Source: Candidatus Haiyanarchaeum thermophilum (GTDB lineage Archaea; Nanobdellota; Nanobdellia; JAPDLS01; Haiyanarchaeaceae). From it: a stretch of DNA of 64,000 nucleotides. The position numbers and the translations under genes were made by a program. This document shows positions 58,087 through 64,000 of the stretch, piece by piece. The notes below the pieces were generated by a model. The model did not search any database, was not told the origin of the DNA, and saw only the letters and a list, made by a program, of their open reading frames with translations. The first letter of the stretch is position 1. Every line of letters begins with the position of its first letter. The DNA lies in NCBI GenBank assembly GCA_025920425.1, contig JAPDLS010000001.1, positions 227,449 to 291,448 of the forward strand, written 5' to 3'.

Positions 58087-58950
58087 ATGGAACTCCCTTA
58101 CCTCTACCTTAAACCTCCACGTACCTTTCTTGGCTTAGAATGCAAACTGGAGGCTGCCAAATATGTGGTACTACCTATTCCTTTTGATTCTACAGAATCC
58201 TACAAGCCTGGTCAGATGAATGCTCCACGGGCTATCATCGATGCTTCCCTCCATATTGACTCTATATTCGACCCTAAGACTAAGAAAAAGGTGCCCACAG
58301 CCATTTATACTTCAAAAGAAATCGAATTGCCAAGAGGAGAAGTAGATGAAAGTATGAAGAGGATCAAGGAACTAGTAGGGGAAGTAATTAGGCTGGGCAA
58401 GATTCCTGTGATAATTGGAGGAGAACATACTGTTAGTTTCGGAGCTCTAGCAGCATTCGAAAAGAGAGTAAAATTCGTTGTCCTAGATGCACATGCCGAT
58501 CTGAGAGATGAATTTGAGGGAAGTAAGTTAAATTATGCCACCTTCTGCAGGAGGATTGTGGAAAATGGAGTAGAGGTAATTGAAATAGGGGTGAGAAGCA
58601 TAAGTGAAGAGGAATATGTTTTTGCAAACTCTTCCAAAAACCTCAAAATTCTATATAAATGGGAACTCGATGAGGATTTCGATAAATGTCTAGAGAAAAT
58701 CGAAAAATTCCTCAAAGGAGAGAGGATATATCTGAGCATAGATTTTGATGTGCTCGATCCGAGCATAGCTAGGGGAGTTTCCCACTTGGAGCCAAATGGA
58801 TTTAACTGGATTCAAATCTGTGAAGTTCTAACCACAATTCATAGCTGTGCCCAAATAGTGGGCTTCGATCTGGTAGAGGTAATACCTGACGGTTTTACCG
58901 AGGAAATTGCAGCTAAACTCTTATGTTATCTACTTTCCCTCCTCGGTTAA
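58087..58950 (+). CDS. speB: agmatinase (ureohydrolase family)
   Basis: 287 aa. Mn-binding motifs GGEHTVSF, DAHADL, SIDFDVLDP. Confidence 0.75.
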   Translation: MELPYLYLKPPRTFLGLECKLEAAKYVVLPIPFDSTESYKPGQMNAPRAIIDASLHIDSIFDPKTKKKVPTAIYTSKEIELPRGEVDESMKRIKELVGEVIRLGKIPVIIGGEHTVSFGALAAFEKRVKFVVLDAHADLRDEFEGSKLNYATFCRRIVENGVEVIEIGVRSISEEEYVFANSSKNLKILYKWELDEDFDKCLEKIEKFLKGERIYLSIDFDVLDPSIARGVSHLEPNGFNWIQICEVLTTIHSCAQIVGFDLVEVIPDGFTEEIAAKLLCYLLSLLG

Positions 58951-59433
58951 TCGCTTAGCCTTCTTATCGCAGAATATCTTGAGTTTCATTTTCTCTTGCA
59001 CATCCTTATCCCTTATTTCATGAACTTGCACTCTATTCTCGTCGAAGATGTGAATTACCTGATAGCCTAATTTGACCAATGCCTCTGCAATATATCGGCG
59101 ATGACATCTAAACCACAAAAGCTCGCTGCATAGAATCGCAGGAGTCTTGGCCTCCATCATTTTTATCAGCTCTCTTAAAGCCTCTTCAAATTCCCTACTC
59201 TTGCTAAAGGTCTCGTAACCTTCCTTTCTAAATCCCCCAAGCTTCGAAAAATGAATATACTCTATTTCATTCTCCTCCAAGCTCTTCTTGAGTTCTTCCT
59301 TATTGAAGTGAGGAAATTTCTTGCTGGTGGGAAATCTGCGAACATCTATTACTAGGTTTATTCCGTAATGTTTTAGGAGATGTAGAAAAGTTGCGAGATC
59401 TCTAGTGCTATGGCCTAAAGTATAAACTCTCAT
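58930..59433 (-). CDS. DUF488-family protein
   Basis: 167 aa. MRVYTLGHS...LVIDVRRFPTS matches the DUF488 N-terminal signature. Confidence 0.55.
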   Translation of the reverse strand: MRVYTLGHSTRDLATFLHLLKHYGINLVIDVRRFPTSKKFPHFNKEELKKSLEENEIEYIHFSKLGGFRKEGYETFSKSREFEEALRELIKMMEAKTPAILCSELLWFRCHRRYIAEALVKLGYQVIHIFDENRVQVHEIRDKDVQEKMKLKIFCDKKAKRLTEEGK

Positions 59434-60941
59434 TTCTTTACTCTATAGATTATCACTAACGCTCCAGTCTCTTCTCTCAGAATTCTAACTATTTCCAGTC
59501 CTGTTTTCTCCAACCACTTTGAGTATGAAGTCTCATCAAATCCATAGAGAGTAAAAAATCTTCTTAATGTCAAATAATCCACATCCCCATCATATGGAAA
59601 GGCGTAGTAAATTAGAGCATCCTTCTCTCTAGCGAGCTGTAGCAGCAAGTTAAAGTTTTCTTCAGATGAAAGATTTTCGAAGACTGGAAGTTTTAAGAAT
59701 ATCTTATTTTCAGCAAAAAGGCATAATTGGGGATGGGGAGCCTCTACCGAAAAGGGGACAATCACATAAGTATTGGGTAGTTTATTTAACTCCTTACTTG
59801 CCTCAAGTGTTACTGAGTAAGTTGGCGCCTTTATCCTAATTATTGGCCATCCATAGGAGAGCGAAAGATAGGAGAGAAAAATGGTAAGTAAGAAACTAAG
59901 GGCAACTCTATAATGCTCCTGCTTCACTACAGTATTCGTTATTAGGACAATTGCTATCGATATTATTAAGAATGTAACTGGTAGGATTGGGATGAGATAT
60001 CTATCTTCATGGTGGGGGGATAGCGATGTGGTAAGGAGGTAAAATATGAAAAGAACTGCGAGAAGTAAGTATTTCTTTTCCTTGTAGTGCAGGATTATGT
60101 AAACTAAGCCTATAATGAAGATGAGGAGGGTAATATGAATCCCAAACATACTGCCAGCTATTACATGGGGAAGCATCTCAAAATACGCGAAGTAACTTTC
60201 ATTCATTTCCCTTACCAGTTCGTAGATTAATCTTTCTTGATAGAACACGTCTCCAAAGCGATGATACTGCCAGAGTTGATAGGATGTAAATGGAATAAGG
60301 AAAGTTCCTACTAAAATATAGAACTTCTTCTGCTTGAAGAAAGATAGCTTTTCAGTTATGATCAAAAAGATGAGTAATCCAAGAATTATTGGAATCGCTT
60401 CTATTCTTAGTAGGTACATGAATCCTAGTACCAATCCAGCTAATGCGAGTCTAATTGGGCTATTTCTAAACCATCCTGTGTAGAAGAGATAAATAGCCAA
60501 GATAGCGATGGCCATGGCTTCTATATGGGCCAACAGACGTAACCAGTAAAACATTACAATCCAAGAGGTGGAGAGCAAGATAATTGAGATAGATGCAACC
60601 TTCTTACCATAAAGTTCAGAAGCCAATAAATATAGGAAACATAGAGAAACAATCATAAATACTGTCTGTAGAATTCTGAGGACACTCAGATTTAGACCAA
60701 AAAGGAGCACAAATGGTGCAAGAGTGAGAGGATATCCTGGAAATCTTGCCCACTCCCAACTTCGATTAGTTTCTGAACCACATACTTTTTGTCCAACGAT
60801 TTCTTTAACTACGATCAGAAAGCTAGCTTCATCCCACCACAAGCCTTTATTAAAGTCTCTGAAGAGTATTCCAAACATTACCACATATACTAATACCACT
60901 AGCAATGGGAGCTTGTAGAAAGAAATTTTTCTATGGATCAT
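59430..60941 (-). CDS. GT-C-fold membrane glycosyltransferase (PMT_2/ArnT-like)
   Basis: 503 aa, >10 TM helices. N-terminal first-loop D/E motif (WWDEASF). Sits in a glycosylation gene cluster. Confidence 0.5.
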   Translation of the reverse strand: MIHRKISFYKLPLLVVLVYVVMFGILFRDFNKGLWWDEASFLIVVKEIVGQKVCGSETNRSWEWARFPGYPLTLAPFVLLFGLNLSVLRILQTVFMIVSLCFLYLLASELYGKKVASISIILLSTSWIVMFYWLRLLAHIEAMAIAILAIYLFYTGWFRNSPIRLALAGLVLGFMYLLRIEAIPIILGLLIFLIITEKLSFFKQKKFYILVGTFLIPFTSYQLWQYHRFGDVFYQERLIYELVREMNESYFAYFEMLPHVIAGSMFGIHITLLIFIIGLVYIILHYKEKKYLLLAVLFIFYLLTTSLSPHHEDRYLIPILPVTFLIISIAIVLITNTVVKQEHYRVALSFLLTIFLSYLSLSYGWPIIRIKAPTYSVTLEASKELNKLPNTYVIVPFSVEAPHPQLCLFAENKIFLKLPVFENLSSEENFNLLLQLAREKDALIYYAFPYDGDVDYLTLRRFFTLYGFDETSYSKWLEKTGLEIVRILREETGALVIIYRVKK

Positions 60942-61065
60942 TTTCCTAACCTGCTTGCCACTGAAAGCTTTAATATTTTGAGCATATCTCTTTTAACTGA
61001 AAAATTTTTTCCTTCCAGCTCTTTCAAGGTATGGAATAGAGATTCCTATCATCTTCTTTCCTAAC

Positions 61066-61284
61066 TTAGTAGCTTTTATATGCATTTCCTTTCCCATCGT
61101 TCTTCTGTCTAATTACCCTAACTCCCAACCTCTTACAAATATATGGAGTTGCATCCCTCGATTTATCTACCACAACTATCTCATATTTTCTCCCCAGCTT
61201 TCTTATCTTCTCTATAACTCTCTCTATATTTTCCTCTTCGTTTTCGGTAGGAATTATGATAGAAGCCTCATACATTTCACACAA
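61066..61284 (-). pseudogene. N-terminal remnant of a GT2 glycosyltransferase (dolichyl-phosphate sugar synthase-like)
   Basis: 72 aa. SIIIPTENEEENI...EIVVVDKSRDAT...NDGKGNAY is the first ~70 aa of a GT2 Rossmann domain, then a stop. Only ~125 nt remain before the next gene, so a full GT2 (>200 aa) cannot be encoded. Confidence 0.45.
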
Positions 61285-62323
61285 CCCTGAGCAATGTTAA
61301 TACAAAGGATAAAATTACCACTATGATTTCAAACCCTATGAGGAAGAGCGTAACTTCCTTCTCTTCCATTGGTTTTAAGTTCATCGCCAAATGGGTAAGC
61401 GAGTAAATTTTTCTTCCATATGGCGGCTTAAGTGTTCCATCCCTTTGTAGGATTCCTAGGCTCTTCGCTGAGAACTTTGATCTTAACTTAAGGAAGGCTT
61501 CTATTATCCAAGGAGTAAACACTAAGATCCCAAACTTCTCCATATTTCCAATTATTACTGTACTAGCATAACATGCTCCTAGCATATAAGTTAAACTATC
61601 CCCAGGCAAGAACTTAGCAGGGTACCAATTATATTTGATGAATCCCAACAGGGAGAAGAAAGTACAGAAAGCTATGGCTGCTGAGCTCCATTCCTGATTG
61701 ATGAGTGCATAGCTTCCCAATGCTGAGAAGGCAACTAATCCTAGTCCGCTCTCCAGTCCATTCATACCTGCTAAGAAATTGTATGCATTCGTAACACAAA
61801 GAAAAGCAATTGGAACCAGTACTAAATTGTAAATTACCCCCAAATCTATTGGACCAATAAAGGGTAAATACATCTTGGTAACTCCTGCTCTTATTATTAC
61901 AAGAGGCACAGCTGCCGGAAGAGTAAGAAGCGGCTTTTGCCAAGGTTTAAGTCCTACTCTGTACTCCTTAATCCCATATCTTGCCTGCTTAACTCTCCGA
62001 GTTCTGAGATTTAGATCATCAAGTAAACCTGTGAATACTGCTAAGAAGATTGAGGTTAATGCTGCAAACAAGTTCTCTACAGTAATTCCAAGTTCTAATA
62101 TGAATTTATCTACAAATACTAAAAGGGAAATACCAACCCAAAAGCTCAACAACAGAACTATGCCTGCTGAAGTAGCTATTGAAGGTTTACCCCTCTTCTG
62201 CTGATCTACTCCCACAATGCCTGAATCCTCCAGAAAATTTTTCACGTAGGGTGTAATAAAATAGGAAAATATTGCTGCACTCGAGCTAAGCCCCAAGATT
62301 GCAACTATTTCCATTGGGATCAT
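61277..62323 (-). CDS. UDP-sugar:dolichyl/polyprenyl-phosphate hexose-1-phosphate transferase (GT4, MraY/WecA/AglH family)
   Basis: 348 aa, ~10 TM. Signature NAYNFLAGMNGLESG. Confidence 0.65.
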   Translation of the reverse strand: MIPMEIVAILGLSSSAAIFSYFITPYVKNFLEDSGIVGVDQQKRGKPSIATSAGIVLLLSFWVGISLLVFVDKFILELGITVENLFAALTSIFLAVFTGLLDDLNLRTRRVKQARYGIKEYRVGLKPWQKPLLTLPAAVPLVIIRAGVTKMYLPFIGPIDLGVIYNLVLVPIAFLCVTNAYNFLAGMNGLESGLGLVAFSALGSYALINQEWSSAAIAFCTFFSLLGFIKYNWYPAKFLPGDSLTYMLGACYASTVIIGNMEKFGILVFTPWIIEAFLKLRSKFSAKSLGILQRDGTLKPPYGRKIYSLTHLAMNLKPMEEKEVTLFLIGFEIIVVILSFVLTLLRVV

Positions 62324-62361
62324 AGGAGGAATAATGAAAACATAAATTAAAAAGTGATCGC

Positions 62362-62445
62362 TGCAGGGGCTGGGATTCGAACCCAGGAAGGCACTAAGCC
62401 ACAGGGTCCTAAGCCCTGCCCCTTTGACCGCTTGGGTACCCCTGC
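62362..62445 (-). tRNA. tRNA-Leu (anticodon TAG), long variable arm
   Basis: Reverse complement gives GCAGGGGTACCCAAGCGGTCAAAGGGGCAGGGCTTAGGACCCTG-TGGCTTAGTGCCTTC-CTGGGTTCGAATCCCAGCCCCTGCA. Anticodon loop CUUAGGA. Confidence 0.75.
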
Positions 62446-62499
62446 ATCTTCTTGTAGTTTTTAGGAAGATTTAAAAATTTTCAAGGACAGTTCTTCGAA

Positions 62500-62850
62500 A
62501 TGCTGAGAATTAGGAAGACAAATCCCCAATTAATCAGAGTAATCCAGATTCTGATGAGGAGAAGAGAGAAGATCTGGAGAAGGGTAGCTAAAGATCTCCA
62601 GAAGCCTAGGAGGAGATGGAGAAGAGTAAACTTAGCCCGAATAAATAAATATACTAAGGATGGGGATGTGGTAGTGGTTCCTGGCAAAGTCCTAGCTTTC
62701 GGTTCTCTAGATCACAAAATTAAGATTTGGGCCTTCTCATTTTCCAAAGCAGCTATTGAAAAAATTCAAAAAGCTGGAGGTGAAATTTTAAGGATTGATA
62801 CTCTCCTCCAGCAAAATCCTCGCGGTTCAGGGGTGAAGTTAATTGGCTAA
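62500..62850 (+). CDS. rpl18e: 50S ribosomal protein L18e
   Basis: 116 aa. TNPQLIRVIQ...VVVPGKVLAFGSL...AGGEIL pattern of L18e. Confidence 0.8.
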   Translation: MLRIRKTNPQLIRVIQILMRRREKIWRRVAKDLQKPRRRWRRVNLARINKYTKDGDVVVVPGKVLAFGSLDHKIKIWAFSFSKAAIEKIQKAGGEILRIDTLLQQNPRGSGVKLIG

Positions 62851-63271
62851 GATATTTATCGATGCTGAAGGTAAGGTGCTGGGTAGGCTCTGTAGCTACA
62901 TAGCAAAAAACGCTCTCCTTGGAAATGAAGTAATCGTATGCAACATAGAGAAATGTGTGATCTCTGGGGATAGGAGGCACGTAATAGAAACTTATCTGCA
63001 GAGGAGGAGAAGGGGAAAATCTCCAAGATGGGGACCAAAATATCCGAAGAGGCCGGATCTTGTATTTAGAAGGGCTCTGAGAGGAATGCTCCCTTATAAG
63101 AAGGAGAAGGGGAAAAAGGCATTGAGAAGAATAAAGGTATTCATAGGGGTTCCCGAGGAGTTCAAAGATGCAAACTTTATAAAGCTTGAAGAGTTTGATA
63201 AATCCAAGTTTAAGATCCCAAAGTTTGTCACTCTTGAGGAGGTGTGTAGGGAGCTCGGGTGGAAAGGATGA
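62843..63271 (+). CDS. rpl13: 50S ribosomal protein L13 (uL13)
   Basis: 142 aa. IDAEGKVLGRLCSYIAK is the uL13 N-terminus. Overlaps the L18e stop by 8 nt. Confidence 0.85.
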   Translation: MAKIFIDAEGKVLGRLCSYIAKNALLGNEVIVCNIEKCVISGDRRHVIETYLQRRRRGKSPRWGPKYPKRPDLVFRRALRGMLPYKKEKGKKALRRIKVFIGVPEEFKDANFIKLEEFDKSKFKIPKFVTLEEVCRELGWKG

Positions 63272-63669
63272 AGAAAAAAGTGATCATCGCTGTGGGAAAG
63301 AGAAAGACTTCAATTGCCAAGGCTTACTTAACTCCTGGTAAGGGAATTGTAAGAATAAACTCCCTAAGATTGGATTGCTATCCTGAGTTAATCAGATTGA
63401 AAATAGCTGAACCTCTCATTCTAGCGGATAAGGTAGCTAAAAAGGTGAACATAAAGGTAAATGTGGAAGGAGGGGGAATTATGTCTCAAGCAGAGGCTGC
63501 TAGGATCGCCATAGCTAGAGCCATCCTTGAGTATAGTGGAAGTGATAAACTGAAGCAGAAGTTCTTAGAGTACGATAGGCATTTGCTAGTGGCAGATGTA
63601 AGAAGGACCGAACCTCAGAAACCATACTATTCAGCTGCAAGGAGAGGAAGGCAAACCTCTAAGAGGTAG
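63259..63669 (+). CDS. rps9: 30S ribosomal protein S9 (uS9)
   Basis: 136 aa. GKRKTSIAKAYL...GGG...QAEAARIAIARAI...RRTEPQKPYYSAARRGRQTSKR. Confidence 0.85.
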   Translation: MERMKKKVIIAVGKRKTSIAKAYLTPGKGIVRINSLRLDCYPELIRLKIAEPLILADKVAKKVNIKVNVEGGGIMSQAEAARIAIARAILEYSGSDKLKQKFLEYDRHLLVADVRRTEPQKPYYSAARRGRQTSKR

Positions 63670-63674
63670 TTAAA

Positions 63675-63872
63675 ATGATAATTCCAGTACGCTGCTTTTC
63701 ATGTGGAAAGCCCGTAGCCCATCTTTGGGAAAAGTTCAAACAAGAGATAGCAAAAGGGAGGAATGCTAAAGAAGTGTTGGATGAGCTAGGATTGAAAAGA
63801 TATTGCTGTAGAGCCCTATTCCTCGGGCATATAGATCTAATTCAAACCATAGCTAAATATAAAAAATTTTAA
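63675..63872 (+). CDS. rpoN: DNA-directed RNA polymerase subunit N (Rpb10)
   Basis: 65 aa. MIIPVRCFSCGKP...RYCCR Zn-binding motif. Confidence 0.8.
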   Translation: MIIPVRCFSCGKPVAHLWEKFKQEIAKGRNAKEVLDELGLKRYCCRALFLGHIDLIQTIAKYKKF

Positions 63873-63889
63873 AGCAAGTATATTATTCT

Positions 63890-63963
63890 GGGGAGATAGT
63901 TCAGCTTGGTAGAATGCTGGCCTTGGGAGCCAGTGGTCCGGGGTTCAAATCCCCGTCTCCCCA
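63890..63963 (+). tRNA. tRNA-Pro (anticodon TGG)
   Basis: GGGGAGA/TCTCCCC acceptor plus A. Anticodon loop CUUGGGA. Near-identical body to tRNA-Pro(CGG) at 45198. Confidence 0.8.
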
Positions 63964-64000
63964 GAAAAATTAAAAAGCGTTGAGTGGTGAAATCTAAGAA

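Noticed and set aside
61629-62204. ORFs 61629..61943(-) and 61875..62204(+) inside the AglH-like gene
   Set aside because: They are alternative-frame or antisense ORFs within a polytopic membrane protein gene with a clear family signature.
1-64000. CRISPR arrays, cas genes, transposases, integrases, prophage remnants
   Set aside because: I found no direct-repeat/spacer periodicity and no recognisable transposase (DDE, HUH) or integrase (tyrosine recombinase RHRY) motifs. The window looks like core chromosome.

Overview
This window is an AT-rich (roughly 38-40% GC by eye), densely packed archaeal chromosome segment, with genes commonly overlapping by 1-15 nt. It comes from a hyperthermophile, shown by an intact 1181-aa reverse gyrase. 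FtsZ, GatD/GatE, archaeal-type ProRS/AspRS, TFE, Kae1/Bud32, Hel308, an ATP-dependent DNA ligase, many archaeal/eukaryotic-type ribosomal proteins (S15, S27ae, S24e, L40e, L44e, S27e, L15e, L10e, L18e, L13, S9), RNA polymerase subunits E'/E''/N, eIF2alpha and Nop10 together mark it as core archaeal informational DNA. I could not assign the lineage from sequence alone. Five tRNA genes are present: Gln-TTG with a canonical 37/38 intron, Val-GAC, Pro-CGG, Leu-TAG and Pro-TGG. Three small conserved genes are missing from the ORF track and were recovered by hand: L40e, S27e and Nop10. Metabolic and other content: PEP synthase, glycerol-1-phosphate dehydrogenase, a lone molybdopterin oxidoreductase, AdoMet decarboxylase, agmatinase, nitroreductase, SppA, site-2 protease, stomatin, PAP2 phosphatase, RNase Z and a protein-glycosylation gene cluster. 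I found no CRISPR array, transposase or integrase. The most unusual element is a tightly coupled five-gene minus-strand operon at 36424-42902, which I could not place in any family I recognise. It encodes only envelope proteins: one N-terminally anchored or secreted protein, one 848-aa polytopic membrane protein with a large sequon-rich cysteine-rich ectodomain, and three paralogous LGCI-lipobox proteins. Other notable items are a primase in which the PriS catalytic domain is fused to a PriL-CTD-like Fe-S domain, followed by a GINS-like gene; a type IV pilus-like locus (TadC/FlaJ-like platform plus five short proteins with class-III-signal-like N-termini) with no ATPase nearby; an HTH protein coupled to a PIN-like protein; a DNA glycosylase inserted between kae1 and bud32; and an ORF whose 3' end runs antisense through tRNA-Pro.
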